From the IMG/VR virus record IMGVR_UViG_3300024255_000004: a stretch of DNA of 64,000 bases; one strand, 5' to 3'. The position numbers and the translations under genes were made by a program. The notes under the pieces were generated by a model that made no database searches, was not told the origin of the DNA, and saw only the letters and a program-made list of their open reading frames with translations. The DNA comes from a virus. This document shows positions 9,297 through 19,539 of the stretch, one piece after another (position 1 is the first letter of the stretch; each line of letters opens with the position of its first letter).

Positions 9297-11285
9297 ATGG
9301 CATTTCAAGTATCACCAGGCGTTCAGGTCTCCGAGATAGACCTGACTAATGTTGTCCCAGCCGTTTCATCGACTACAGGTGCATTTGCTGGACATTTCCA
9401 ATGGGGCCCTGTTGGTGAAGTAATAACAGTTTCAGATTCTAAGGGTTTAGTTGATAATTTTTATCAACCAGCTAATTCCGACGCTGGAGCAGAGGACTTC
9501 TATTCAGCGGAATCATTTCTAAAATATGGTTCATCACTTAGAGTGGTTAGAATCAACACATCTCAATTAAACAATGCAAACTCATCAAGTGGAACTGCAT
9601 TACTTAAAAACAATGACGAATATGTCAATACTTATCAAGATGGTTCTCAAAACGGAACTGTAGGTAATTATGTTGCAAAATACGCAGGTTCTTTAGGTAA
9701 TTCATTAAAGGTTTCAGTATGTGGGTCTGCAAATGCATATTTCAACGATGCAGTGACAACAGTCACAGGAACAGAGTCAGTGGGTCAAACAACTATAACA
9801 GTTGGTGATTCATCAGGTATGTTCGTAAGAGACATCGTGAGATTTGCTGGACATAACAACGAATACAGAGTATTGACGATTCCTGATGGAACTTCAATTA
9901 CTATCGAAGCACTTGGTCAACCAAGTGGAACAGGTCTATTAACTGCCGTCACAGGTGGTGCTAACGTAGATAGATACTGGGAATTTTATAATTCATTTGA
10001 TAAAGCACCTGCTAAGTCAGGAACAGCAACAGCTGCTGGTGGTTCAGATGATGAAATTCATGTTGTTGTATCAGACCAAGACGGATTATTCAGTGGAGTT
10101 AAAGACACAATTTTAGAATCATATGGATTCGTATCACTTGCGTCAGACTCTAAAGATGGTCAAGGTCAATCAAATTACTACAAAAACGTTATTGCAAGAG
10201 AATCAGACTACATTTACTGGTCAGGTCATTCAACAGACCTACTTACAACTGCAAACGAAACAAGAACTCATTTACAATCTGCAACGACTCCATTCGGTAG
10301 ACCTTCTGCAGTTATCACTTCATCACTTGCTGGTGGAGTTGACGGAAGAGTTCCTACTGCTGGTGAGAAATATGGTGCATACCAAACTCACTTCGGTGAT
10401 GCAGAAACAATAGACGTATCATTCTTAATTGCTGGTTCAACAAGAACTGATAACGGAAGTGGTGTCGAACAAGATATTCTTGCAGACCATAACACAATCG
10501 TTAATCAACTTATTGCAACTGCAGAAGGAAGAAAAGATTGTATGGTTATAGTTTCACCTAGACGTGCAAGTGTCGTAGGTGTATCAAGTGAATCTACACA
10601 ATCAACTAACGTGATTGCAGACTACGCATTAGTCACATCAAGTTCATATGTTGTATTAGACAGTGGTTGGGTATACCAATACGATAGATACAACGACAAA
10701 TACTGCTACGTGCCCTCTAATGGACACACAGCAGGTATAATGGCAAGGTCAGACTTATTAAGAGACCCATGGTTCTCACCTGCTGGTTTCTCAAGAGGTC
10801 AATACTTAGGTATAACTAAACTTGCGTTTAACCCTTCACAATCATCAAGAGATGACTTATATCGTGCAAGGATTAATCCAGTTGTGACATTTGCTGGACA
10901 AGGAACAGTATTATTTGGAGACAAAACAGGTCTTACAAGTCCTTCAGCATTCGATAGAATCAATGTCAGAAGGTTATTCATAGTCTTAGAAAAAGCAATC
11001 GCAGTTGCAGCGAAATCACAACTCTTTGAATTCAACGATGCATTCACAAGAGCTCAATTCCGTGCTGCTGTAGAACCTTTCCTAAGAGATGTTAAAAATA
11101 GAAGAGGTCTAGTAGATTTCTCAGTATTATGTGATGAAACTAACAACACTGATACAGTTATAGATAGAAATGAATTTGTTTGTTCTATCTTCGTGAAACC
11201 TGCTAGAAGTATTAATTTTATTACTTTAAACTTTGTTGCTGCTAGAAGTGGTGTTCAGTTTGAAGAAATATACAGTGCAGTTTAA
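9297..11285 (+). CDS. gp18: Tail sheath protein gp18
   Basis: SPGVQVSEIDLT, FQWGP, PWFSPAGFSRG and FDRINVRRLF. Confidence 0.97.
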   Translation: MAFQVSPGVQVSEIDLTNVVPAVSSTTGAFAGHFQWGPVGEVITVSDSKGLVDNFYQPANSDAGAEDFYSAESFLKYGSSLRVVRINTSQLNNANSSSGTALLKNNDEYVNTYQDGSQNGTVGNYVAKYAGSLGNSLKVSVCGSANAYFNDAVTTVTGTESVGQTTITVGDSSGMFVRDIVRFAGHNNEYRVLTIPDGTSITIEALGQPSGTGLLTAVTGGANVDRYWEFYNSFDKAPAKSGTATAAGGSDDEIHVVVSDQDGLFSGVKDTILESYGFVSLASDSKDGQGQSNYYKNVIARESDYIYWSGHSTDLLTTANETRTHLQSATTPFGRPSAVITSSLAGGVDGRVPTAGEKYGAYQTHFGDAETIDVSFLIAGSTRTDNGSGVEQDILADHNTIVNQLIATAEGRKDCMVIVSPRRASVVGVSSESTQSTNVIADYALVTSSSYVVLDSGWVYQYDRYNDKYCYVPSNGHTAGIMARSDLLRDPWFSPAGFSRGQYLGITKLAFNPSQSSRDDLYRARINPVVTFAGQGTVLFGDKTGLTSPSAFDRINVRRLFIVLEKAIAVAAKSQLFEFNDAFTRAQFRAAVEPFLRDVKNRRGLVDFSVLCDETNNTDTVIDRNEFVCSIFVKPARSINFITLNFVAARSGVQFEEIYSAV

Positions 11286-11295
11286 GGAGAAATAA

Positions 11296-11793
11296 ATGGC
11301 AACTATAGACCAATTTAAAGCACAACTTATCGGTGGAGGCCCACGTGCTAACCGATTTAAAGTTTTTATACCAAGAGCTGGTAATAAGATTGAGTTCTTA
11401 TGTAAAGCTGCTAATATCCCTGCGGGAACGTTGGGAGAAGTGGTAGTTCCTTTCAGAGGACACAACCTTAAACTTGCTGGAGAAAGAACTTTCGAAGATT
11501 GGCAGATTACAGTTATCAACGATGTTGAGTTCTCAGTAAGAAGTGGTCTAGAAGCATGGCAGGAAGAAATTCAAGCTATGGATAGTGGAGTAGGTTCAAC
11601 ATCTACAGATTATCTTATATCTAGAGCATTCGTAGAACAATTAAACAAAGATGACTCAGTCCTTGCGAGATACGAGTTTTTCAACATGTTCCCAAAAAAT
11701 ATTGGTGCAATCGAACTATCTTACGATACTGTTGATGCATTAGAGGAATTTACTGTTGACTTTACTTTCTCTCACTGGGAAAGAGTTCAGTAG
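11296..11793 (+). CDS. gp19: Tail tube protein gp19
   Basis: GGGPRANRF, LAGERTFEDW and EEFTVDF; follows gp18. Confidence 0.95.
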   Translation: MATIDQFKAQLIGGGPRANRFKVFIPRAGNKIEFLCKAANIPAGTLGEVVVPFRGHNLKLAGERTFEDWQITVINDVEFSVRSGLEAWQEEIQAMDSGVGSTSTDYLISRAFVEQLNKDDSVLARYEFFNMFPKNIGAIELSYDTVDALEEFTVDFTFSHWERVQ

Positions 11794-11828
11794 TCTTTAA
11801 AGTGAAGAATTACCACACATTTTGGTGG

Positions 11829-11836
11829 TATAAATA
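11829..11836 (+). promoter_or_regulatory. T4-type late promoter TATAAATA
   Basis: Consensus 5 nt before the gp20 ATG. Confidence 0.8.
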
Positions 11837-11841
11837 TTAGT

Positions 11842-13380
11842 ATGGAAATTTTAGGGTTTGAAATAAATCGTAAGAAAAACGATTTAAGAACGATAGAAGA
11901 CAAGAATCAAACGTCTTTTGTCCCACCAGTTGACGATGACGGGACTCCCGTCATTGAACAACAGAGTGGTTTTGTATCGGGAGCAGCCTATGGGTCGTTT
12001 GTCGATATGGAAGGCGGTGTCAAGAATGAGGCAGAACTTATTCGAAGATACCGAGAAACGTCTTTGGTGCCAGAGTGTGACTCTGCAATCGAAGACATAG
12101 TTAATGAGTGTATCACATCTGACACATCAGATAAGATAGTATCACTCGACCTCAGAGACGTTAAACTCTCTGATAGTATCAAGAAAAAGATACAAGAAGA
12201 GTTTAATCACATCTTATCTCTAATGAAGTTCAATCAGAACTCTCATGAATTGTTCAGAAAATGGTATGTCGATGGAAGAATTTACTTCCATAAAGTCGTT
12301 GACTCAAAAAGACCTAAATTAGGTCTAGTTGACTTAAGAAATGTTGACCCGATTAAAATTAAGAAGGTTAGAAACATTGAGAAGAAAAAGGGTGCCGACA
12401 AAATTGATAGAATTTCTAAAATAGAAGAGTTCTATCTCTTTAACGACAAAGGATTTGATAAATCCACTGCAACAGAAGGACATGTTGTAAGAATTGCACC
12501 TGAAGCTGTATGTTATACAACTTCGGGATTACTTGACTACACTAAAAACGTAGTCATTGGGTATCTGCATAAAGCATTGAAGACTGCAAATCAGTTATCA
12601 ATGTTGGAAGATGCACTTGTTATTTACAGAATATCACGTGCTCCCGAAAGAAGAATTTTCTACATTGACGTAGGAAACCTTCCAAAAGCAAAAGCAGAAC
12701 AGTATCTTGCAGACGTTATGAACCGATATAAGAACAAATTGGTTTACAATGCAGATACAGGGGAAATCAAAGACGATAGAAAACATATGAGTATGTTGGA
12801 AGATTTTTGGTTGCCTCGTAGAGAAGGTGGTAGAGGAACAGAAATTACTACACTGCCTGGTGGACAGAATTTAGATGATATTGCAGATATAGAATACTTT
12901 AAGAAGAAACTATATCAATCACTAAACGTCCCTGCCTCTAGAATGGAATCAGACAACGGATTCAATATGGGTCGTGCGTCTGAAATTTCTAGAGACGAAC
13001 TTAAATTTAATAAGTTCACAAACAGACTTCAGAAGAAGTTTGCAAGAGTTTTTACAGATATTCTTAAGACACAATTAGTTCTTAAGGAAATCACAACTGG
13101 AGATGAATTTGATAATATCAAAGACTTTCTTCAGTATGACTTTGCAACCGACAACCATTTTACAGAGTTGAAGGATGCAGAGATAATAAGAGAGAGATTA
13201 GATACTCTCTCAAATATTTCCGACTATGTTGGAGAGTATTTTTCTAAGGAATATGTTAGAAAATACATTCTAAGACAGACGGAAGAAGACATTAAATTAA
13301 TAGACTCACAAATCTCAAAAGAAGGAGATAGTGGTGAGGACAATGAAGGAAGTGATAGTAATGACTTCGGAGGATTTTAA
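11842..13380 (+). CDS. gp20: Portal protein gp20
   Basis: YRISRAPERRIFYIDVGNLPK and EDFWLPRREGGRGTEITTLPGG. Confidence 0.97.
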   Translation: MEILGFEINRKKNDLRTIEDKNQTSFVPPVDDDGTPVIEQQSGFVSGAAYGSFVDMEGGVKNEAELIRRYRETSLVPECDSAIEDIVNECITSDTSDKIVSLDLRDVKLSDSIKKKIQEEFNHILSLMKFNQNSHELFRKWYVDGRIYFHKVVDSKRPKLGLVDLRNVDPIKIKKVRNIEKKKGADKIDRISKIEEFYLFNDKGFDKSTATEGHVVRIAPEAVCYTTSGLLDYTKNVVIGYLHKALKTANQLSMLEDALVIYRISRAPERRIFYIDVGNLPKAKAEQYLADVMNRYKNKLVYNADTGEIKDDRKHMSMLEDFWLPRREGGRGTEITTLPGGQNLDDIADIEYFKKKLYQSLNVPASRMESDNGFNMGRASEISRDELKFNKFTNRLQKKFARVFTDILKTQLVLKEITTGDEFDNIKDFLQYDFATDNHFTELKDAEIIRERLDTLSNISDYVGEYFSKEYVRKYILRQTEEDIKLIDSQISKEGDSGEDNEGSDSNDFGGF

Positions 13381-13382
13381 AA

Positions 13383-13565
13383 ATGAGTAGTGAAATTGCA
13401 AAAGAAATAGTAGACTCAATTGAGAGTGGTAAGTTAGATACTGCGAAAGACCAAATATTTACTGGTATTAAACAGAAATCTGCAGAATCTATCGATATGA
13501 AAAGAGTTGAAATGCAAGTAGATTGGATGGATAAAGTTAACGAACCAGCTGGTGAAGTAGAATAA
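13383..13565 (+). CDS. Prohead core protein (gp67-like)
   Basis: Small acidic ORF directly after gp20; call rests on position. Confidence 0.6.
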   Translation: MSSEIAKEIVDSIESGKLDTAKDQIFTGIKQKSAESIDMKRVEMQVDWMDKVNEPAGEVE

Positions 13566-13568
13566 CTG

Positions 13569-13874
13569 ATGAAATCCTTTGCAGAAATCACTGTTGAGTT
13601 AAACGAAGCAAAGTTTAAATTGCCTCGTGGACATAAAGAACTCAAGAGAGATGTTGTAAAAATAGGTGGTAAGGATATAGTAATCACTTACACTGAATAT
13701 CGAGGTAAAGTTCATGTCTACATAGACGGACAAAGTTTCGGTGGTGCAACATACAAAGATTTAAAATCTGCTGAGAAAGAAATGAAATCCATGAAGGAAG
13801 TTATTAAAACAATGTCGGAAGAAGAAAATATAGACATAGAGGAAATTTTCAATGAAATTAATATCAGAGTTTAA
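13569..13874 (+). CDS. Prohead core/internal protein (gp68 position)
   Basis: Lies between the gp67-like gene and gp21; N-terminus MKSFAEI...LNE-A resembles a capsid-targeting leader. Confidence 0.55.
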   Translation: MKSFAEITVELNEAKFKLPRGHKELKRDVVKIGGKDIVITYTEYRGKVHVYIDGQSFGGATYKDLKSAEKEMKSMKEVIKTMSEEENIDIEEIFNEINIRV

Positions 13875-14505
13875 TAATTACAGTGTTTCTCCAATCATAA
13901 TTGAGGAGAACGACAAAGGACAAAAAGAATACTTCATTGAAGGTGTCTTTATGCAAGCCGAAATCAAAAACAGAAACGGCCGTGTATACCCTAAAGAGGT
14001 TATGCAGAAAGAAGTAAAAAGATACGTCAAAGAATTCGTAGAACAAGATAGAGCATTCGGTGAGTTAGGACACCCTGAAGGCCCTACAATTAATTTAGAC
14101 AAAGTTTCACATATGATTACCAAACTAGAAGAAGATGGTAATAACTATGTGGGACGTGCAAAGATTTTAAGCACCCCCAATGGTCAAATCGTAAGAAATT
14201 TGATTGATGATGGTGCTAAATTGGGAGTATCATCTCGTGGACTTGGTTCACTAGAACAAAAAGGTGGTGCTCAATATGTAAAAGATGACTTTCAACTTGC
14301 TACAGCAGGTGACATTGTTGCAGACCCGTCTGCACCTGAAGCTTTCGTTAACGGAATCATGGAAGGTGTGGAGTGGATTTATCAACATGGTAGACTTACT
14401 GCTCAAGAAATTGATGAGATGCATACCGAAATTAAGACGGGAAAATCACATAAATTGGAAGAAATCACTATAAAATCATGGAAAAGGTTCGTTGAGAGTC
14501 TTTAA
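13852..14505 (+). CDS. gp21: Prohead protease gp21
   Basis: NRNGRVYP, GELGHP, GVSSRGLGS and DIVADPSAP. Confidence 0.97.
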   Translation: MKLISEFNNYSVSPIIIEENDKGQKEYFIEGVFMQAEIKNRNGRVYPKEVMQKEVKRYVKEFVEQDRAFGELGHPEGPTINLDKVSHMITKLEEDGNNYVGRAKILSTPNGQIVRNLIDDGAKLGVSSRGLGSLEQKGGAQYVKDDFQLATAGDIVADPSAPEAFVNGIMEGVEWIYQHGRLTAQEIDEMHTEIKTGKSHKLEEITIKSWKRFVESL

Positions 14506-14507
14506 CA

Positions 14508-14515
14508 TATAAATA
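14508..14515 (+). promoter_or_regulatory. T4-type late promoter TATAAATA
   Basis: Consensus upstream of gp22-gp23. Confidence 0.8.
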
Positions 14516-14543
14516 AAAAAGTAAACTCAAACAGGAGAAAAAC

Positions 14544-15896
14544 ATGGCAGAGTTAGAAACAAACCTAGATACAGTTAAAGAAACTGTAGATGCATTAGAG
14601 GAAGGTCAACAGCCTAACGCTAAAGCAGAAGATGGTGACAAGAAGCCAGTAAAACAAGGGTCGTCCGACGCTGAGAAAATCGAAAGCGGAAAGGGTGATG
14701 TCGTCAAACCTGAAGAAAATCCTGTTGACAAAGCTGTTGCATCAGTAAAATCAGCTGAAACAGCACCTTCTAACGAAGGTGATGCTCAGAAGAAAGGTGC
14801 ATCAAAACCTGAAAAGGGTGATAAACTCAAAGAAGGTGAAGAAGATTCTAAGAAAGATGTTGCTACAACATCTAAAATGGAGAACATTAAAGCTATCGTC
14901 AACAATATGAAGGAAATGACTAAAGAAGAACTTCAAAAAACTTTTGGTAGTATATCAGAAGACGAAGTTGACGAAACCTTGACAAAAGCAGAAGTCGCTA
15001 GAAAAATCGTTGAAACACTAAAATCTATGAATGAAGCAGAAGTTGCTAAATTTGCAGAGAAGTATGAAGACGAAGAAGAAGATGGGAAAGAAGAAGAAGT
15101 CAAAGAAGAATCTGTTGACGAAGAAACTTCTGCAGAACTCGAATCTTCATTAGTAGAGATAGAAGTAGAAGACGACCTATCTGCAATCTCAGAAGCACTT
15201 GACCTTTCAGAAGAAAATCAAGAAAAAGCTAAAACAATCTTCAAAGCTGCAGTGACTTCAAAAGTTGCTGAAATCAAAGAAGAACTTGAGTCTCAATACT
15301 CAGAAGAATTAAAAACCTCAGTAGAGAAAGTTAAAGGTGACCTTGCGGAAGCTGTTGACAAGTATCTTACTTATTGTGCAGATGAATGGACGAAAGAAAA
15401 TGAACTTGCTATAGAAAGAGGTTTGAGGTCTGAGATGACTGAAAACTTTATCGAAGGATTGAAAACATTGTTCGTAGAACATTATGTTGACGTTCCTGAA
15501 GATAAGTATGACGTTATCGATGAACTCGCAAATCGTCTCGATGAGATGGAAGAGAAACTTGACAACGAAGTGTCTAAAAACATGGAAATTGTTGAAGAGA
15601 ACGACCAACTTAAGAGAAGTGACGTGATAAGAGAAGCCTGTAAAGACTTGTCTGAATCACAAAAAGAGAAAATGGTATCATTATCAAATGGTGTAGACTT
15701 TAAAGATATCGAAGACTTTAGTGATAAAGTTCAAGAAATCAAAGAAGCTTACTTCCCAGTTGAAGGTGAATCCATCTCTGAAGACACTATAGTTGAAGAA
15801 GGAACTGGAGAAATCTCAGAAGAGAAAGAACCTGTTCTAGAACCTTCAATTGCTAGATATTCAGAGGCATTATCAAAACTTAAACCATTAGGTTAA
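14544..15896 (+). CDS. gp22: Prohead scaffold protein gp22
   Basis: Acidic coiled coil with KAKTIFKAAV, VDKYLTY, ENELAIERG and LFVEHY. Confidence 0.93.
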   Translation: MAELETNLDTVKETVDALEEGQQPNAKAEDGDKKPVKQGSSDAEKIESGKGDVVKPEENPVDKAVASVKSAETAPSNEGDAQKKGASKPEKGDKLKEGEEDSKKDVATTSKMENIKAIVNNMKEMTKEELQKTFGSISEDEVDETLTKAEVARKIVETLKSMNEAEVAKFAEKYEDEEEDGKEEEVKEESVDEETSAELESSLVEIEVEDDLSAISEALDLSEENQEKAKTIFKAAVTSKVAEIKEELESQYSEELKTSVEKVKGDLAEAVDKYLTYCADEWTKENELAIERGLRSEMTENFIEGLKTLFVEHYVDVPEDKYDVIDELANRLDEMEEKLDNEVSKNMEIVEENDQLKRSDVIREACKDLSESQKEKMVSLSNGVDFKDIEDFSDKVQEIKEAYFPVEGESISEDTIVEEGTGEISEEKEPVLEPSIARYSEALSKLKPLG

Positions 15897-15916
15897 TTTA
15901 AAGGAGATTAAAAACA

Positions 15917-17212
15917 ATGTTTTTATCAGAAAACTTACAAGATAAGTGGTCGCCGATTCTAGAACACTCCGATTTACCAAAAATCGAAGATAACTACAAA
16001 CGTGCAGTCACAGCTGTTATCCTTGAAAACCAAGAAAAAGCTCTAAACGAAGACAGAGCTACTCTTGCAGAAGCAGCACCTTTAAATTCCACAGGCACAG
16101 GAATTTCTAACTGGGATCCAATATTGATTTCATTAGTAAGACGTGCTATGCCAAATCTCGTTGCATACGACATTTGCGGTGTTCAACCAATGACCGGCCC
16201 AACTGGACTTATCTTTGCTATGAAAGCAAGATATAACGATGACGTTGACGCTGATAGACTGAATACATCAGAAGCTTTACATAACGAAGCTAGAACTGAT
16301 TACTCAGCATCTGCTCAAACAACATCAACTTCAGTAGGAAGCGACCACTCAGGAGACCCATTCAATGGTTCTTATGCGTCACAGACTTCTACAGGTATGT
16401 CTACAGCTTCAGCAGAATCACTAGGTGATGGTGCTGGAAACCATTTTGCTGAAATGGCATTCTCAATCGAGAAAGCTACAGTGACAGCAAAGTCAAGAGC
16501 ACTAAAAGCGGAATATTCATTAGAACTTGCACAAGACCTTAAAGCAATCCACGGCCTTGATGCAGAATCAGAACTTGCAAATATATTATCATCAGAAATA
16601 TTAGCAGAAATCAACAGAGAAGTTGTAAGAAGTGTTAACAACCAAGCTAAAACAGGTGCGTCAGCAACTGCAGTTGGTGGAACATTTAACTTAGACGTTG
16701 ATGCTAACGGAAGATGGTCTGTAGAAAAGTTCAAAGGACTATTGTTCCAAATCGAAAGAGAATCAAATGTTATTGCTAAAGAAACAAGAAGGGGTAAAGG
16801 AAACTTTATTCTATGTTCTTCAGACGTAGCTTCAGCATTGTCAATGGCTGGTGTATTAGATTACGCACCTGCTCTTTCAACCAACTTAAACGTTGATGAT
16901 ACTGGTAATACTTTTGCTGGTGTATTAAACGGAAGAGTTAAAGTATACGTTGACCCATATGCTGGTTCAGACTACTTAACAGTTGGTTATAGAGGTTCAA
17001 ACCCTTATGACGCTGGTTTATTCTATTGCCCTTACGTTCCATTACAAATGGTTCGTGCAGTTGGTGAGAATACGTTCCAACCAAAAATCGGTTTCAAAAC
17101 TAGATATGGTATGGTTTCAAATCCATTCGTTGGTGCTACACCAGCAGACGGACTTGCTTCAGCAGGAACAAACCAATACTACAGAAAATTTGCAGTGTCA
17201 AACATTCTGTAA
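15917..17212 (+). CDS. gp23: Major capsid protein gp23
   Basis: KWSPIL, GVQPMTGPTGLIFAM, ELAQDLKAIHGLDAE and FQPKIGFKTRYG; probable maturation site LAE/AAP. Confidence 0.98.
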   Translation: MFLSENLQDKWSPILEHSDLPKIEDNYKRAVTAVILENQEKALNEDRATLAEAAPLNSTGTGISNWDPILISLVRRAMPNLVAYDICGVQPMTGPTGLIFAMKARYNDDVDADRLNTSEALHNEARTDYSASAQTTSTSVGSDHSGDPFNGSYASQTSTGMSTASAESLGDGAGNHFAEMAFSIEKATVTAKSRALKAEYSLELAQDLKAIHGLDAESELANILSSEILAEINREVVRSVNNQAKTGASATAVGGTFNLDVDANGRWSVEKFKGLLFQIERESNVIAKETRRGKGNFILCSSDVASALSMAGVLDYAPALSTNLNVDDTGNTFAGVLNGRVKVYVDPYAGSDYLTVGYRGSNPYDAGLFYCPYVPLQMVRAVGENTFQPKIGFKTRYGMVSNPFVGATPADGLASAGTNQYYRKFAVSNIL

Positions 17213-17243
17213 GACGAAAGTCTCATTCCTTAATCGGAATACT

Positions 17244-17273
17244 AAAAAGGTCTCTCACGAGACCTTTTTTTTT
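17244..17273 (+). terminator. Rho-independent terminator after gp23
   Basis: AAAAAGGTCTC-TCAC-GAGACC followed by T9. Confidence 0.9.
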
Positions 17274-17358
17274 GCTTTCAAAAAGTGAGTGTTATTGTCA
17301 ACCTAAATATAAGGTATCAATGATGATACAGACATAAACACACACACAGGAGGAAATT

Positions 17359-17574
17359 ATGTCAAATGGAAAATCAGGTTATGAAATACGAGCCGACTTA
17401 CTAAGTATGGCTCAGTCTATACTAATAGAAAACTTACAAAGGAAAAACGATGGGGTTTACACCCACAACGATAATCACCCTGATGATAAGAAACCATTAC
17501 TTACTACATCAATCAATGCACAGGATATTATTGCCGTTGCATCTGAATTGAATGAGTTTGTTAATGAAAAATAA
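17359..17574 (+). CDS. Hypothetical protein
   Basis: Strong SD AGGAGG; KSGYEIRADLL...DIIAVASELNEFV. Confidence 0.8.
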   Translation: MSNGKSGYEIRADLLSMAQSILIENLQRKNDGVYTHNDNHPDDKKPLLTTSINAQDIIAVASELNEFVNEK

Positions 17575-17575
17575 C

Positions 17576-17614
17576 TATAAATAGTATTGTGGGGTGATAT
17601 TATTCACCCCCTTT
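17576..17614 (+). promoter_or_regulatory. Late promoter TATAAATA followed by a GC-rich hairpin
   Basis: TATAAATA at 17576-17583, then GGGGTGA-TATTAT-TCACCCC-CTTT. Confidence 0.65.
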
Positions 17615-17627
17615 AGAAGGAAAAACT

Positions 17628-17849
17628 ATGACAGATTATGAAAGAACAGTGAAAGTTTTAGAAGGCCCTTGGTCAACTAAAGCATTCCCTAATGGGGAAG
17701 AAACAACAGATGGTATAATAAACAGAAAAATTACCACACTGTATGAAAAAGACGGATACCTTTGTGAAGAGGTAGTCAATAGAGAGTATAGAGGTAATGA
17801 TTACTTTGACACTTCAACAAATAAGAGAGTTTTAAAACTAAATGACTGA
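17628..17849 (+). CDS. Hypothetical protein
   Basis: ORF with SD AAGGA; overlaps the gp3 start. Confidence 0.7.
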   Translation: MTDYERTVKVLEGPWSTKAFPNGEETTDGIINRKITTLYEKDGYLCEEVVNREYRGNDYFDTSTNKRVLKLND

Positions 17850-18378
17850 AATTAACAAATCAATACTCAATAAGAATAACTTTAGATTACTAATTGATAA
17901 AGTTCCTACAGTGGAATACTATGTTCAATCAGTAAATATCCCAGGCTTATCATTCACTGAAACAGTCAGTGCAGCTGGTGTTGGATTAGATGCATTTTTC
18001 CCAGGCGATAAAGTGTCATTCGAATCACTAAGTGTATCATTCTTAGTTGACGAAGATTTGTCTAACTTCAAAGAAATGTATGACTGGATGAACGCAATCG
18101 TTCCAGTGTCAGACCCAAGTGCATATGCAAACTTTACTGGGACTGAGAAGACTGCAACAGGTCAATATAGTGATGTCACTAATGACCTTGCACAATATTC
18201 AGACATTACAATAGTAGTTAATACTAACAAAAACATACCAAATAAATTCTTCAGATTCCATGATGCATTCCCTATATCATTGAGTGGTATAGACCTACAA
18301 AGTGGTGCAGAAACAGAAGCGGTGGTTGCAACTGTAGAGTTTAGATTTACATATTACGATATAGAATCCACTTCCTAA
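17842..18378 (+). CDS. gp3: Tail tube terminator/completion protein gp3
   Basis: VQSVNIPG, PGDKVSF, FLVDEDL..F.E.YDWM and DAFPISLS. Confidence 0.9.
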   Translation: MTEINKSILNKNNFRLLIDKVPTVEYYVQSVNIPGLSFTETVSAAGVGLDAFFPGDKVSFESLSVSFLVDEDLSNFKEMYDWMNAIVPVSDPSAYANFTGTEKTATGQYSDVTNDLAQYSDITIVVNTNKNIPNKFFRFHDAFPISLSGIDLQSGAETEAVVATVEFRFTYYDIESTS

Positions 18379-18408
18379 AATACCATAAATATGGTATAAT
18401 AGTATATT

Positions 18409-18852
18409 ATGACATTAGATGAAATTAAGAGCCAGTGGGAAAAGGATTGTGAAATAGACGATATCGAACTTGATAAGTCTTCTTTAGAAATCCCTAAACT
18501 CCATGCAAAATATCAAGACTTACTAACAAGTAAGATTCTTGTTATGAAACAATACCAATTCAAATACGATACACTATTAAAAAATAAATGGTTATGGTAT
18601 AACGGAAAAATGTCAGAAGACCAAATAAAAGAACTTGGTTGGAATGATGACCCTTTAGACGGATTAAAGATTATGAAAAATGACTTACAATTATTCTATA
18701 ATTCAGATACAGATATACAAGAACTCAATGCAAAAATTGAGTATTTAAAAGTCACAATAGATTATCTCAAAGAGTGTATGACTAACATTACTTGGAGACA
18801 CCAAACGATTAAGAATACAATCGATTGGAGAAAATTCATGGCAGGTTCTTAA
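18409..18852 (+). CDS. uvsY: Recombination mediator UvsY
   Basis: IPKLHAKY, WYNGK and IKNTIDWRKFMAG. Confidence 0.92.
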   Translation: MTLDEIKSQWEKDCEIDDIELDKSSLEIPKLHAKYQDLLTSKILVMKQYQFKYDTLLKNKWLWYNGKMSEDQIKELGWNDDPLDGLKIMKNDLQLFYNSDTDIQELNAKIEYLKVTIDYLKECMTNITWRHQTIKNTIDWRKFMAGS

Positions 18853-19538
18853 TGCATTACGACAAACATGTTTGGATTGCAGAAGCATTCTTTAATGAGA
18901 CAGAAGTAAAGGAAATACTTGCAATTGCCAGTAAACTAGAATGGCATGGTGGTAGAGTTGGTGGTAATAGTTTTGACCCTGATGGAGAAGACCTAGAGGG
19001 TGGTGCAGAGGTTAGTGAAATTAGAATGTCTCAAGTCAAGTGGATGCAAGACCACCACTTACCACAAAAATTTCATGAAAAACTTGCAACTGCAATACAA
19101 CATGCAAGTGTAGAGAATCATTGGTTATGGGAATTTAGTCACTTTGAAAATTTTCAATTTACAAATTATACAAACAGACCACATTTAGGTGGTGGTGATT
19201 TCTATACTTGGCATACAGACAGTGGCCCAACAGGAATGATTCATGACGAAAAAACTGGAATGATACGTAAGTTGAGTATAACTATTCAGTTATCCGACCC
19301 TGATGATTATGAGGGTGGAAGGTTCGAGTGGTTAGAACCTGGCGGTTCTTTTGATAATTTAAGGTCTATAGATACTACAATTGATTTAAACAACATTTTA
19401 CAATCTGCACCATTCAGTGCAAAAACTAAAGGTAGTATTATCGTATTTCCTTCAGACGTTCATCACCAAGTCACACCAGTCACAAGGGGGACACGGGAAT
19501 CACTAGTAGGGTGGTTATTGGGTTATCCTTTTAAATAA
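18852..19538 (+). CDS. 2OG-Fe(II) oxygenase (PKHD/prolyl 4-hydroxylase type)
   Basis: WHTD, RKLSITIQLS..DYEGG and FPSDVHHQVTPVTRGTRESLVGW. Confidence 0.9.
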   Translation: MHYDKHVWIAEAFFNETEVKEILAIASKLEWHGGRVGGNSFDPDGEDLEGGAEVSEIRMSQVKWMQDHHLPQKFHEKLATAIQHASVENHWLWEFSHFENFQFTNYTNRPHLGGGDFYTWHTDSGPTGMIHDEKTGMIRKLSITIQLSDPDDYEGGRFEWLEPGGSFDNLRSIDTTIDLNNILQSAPFSAKTKGSIIVFPSDVHHQVTPVTRGTRESLVGWLLGYPFK

Positions 19539-19539
19539 A

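Noticed and set aside
17205-17240. Hammerhead ribozyme suggested by CTG...GAAA after gp23
   Set aside because: It lacks the CUGAnGA core and the three-stem junction.
17212-17842. No gp24 vertex gene after gp23
   Set aside because: This is normal for marine T4-like phages.
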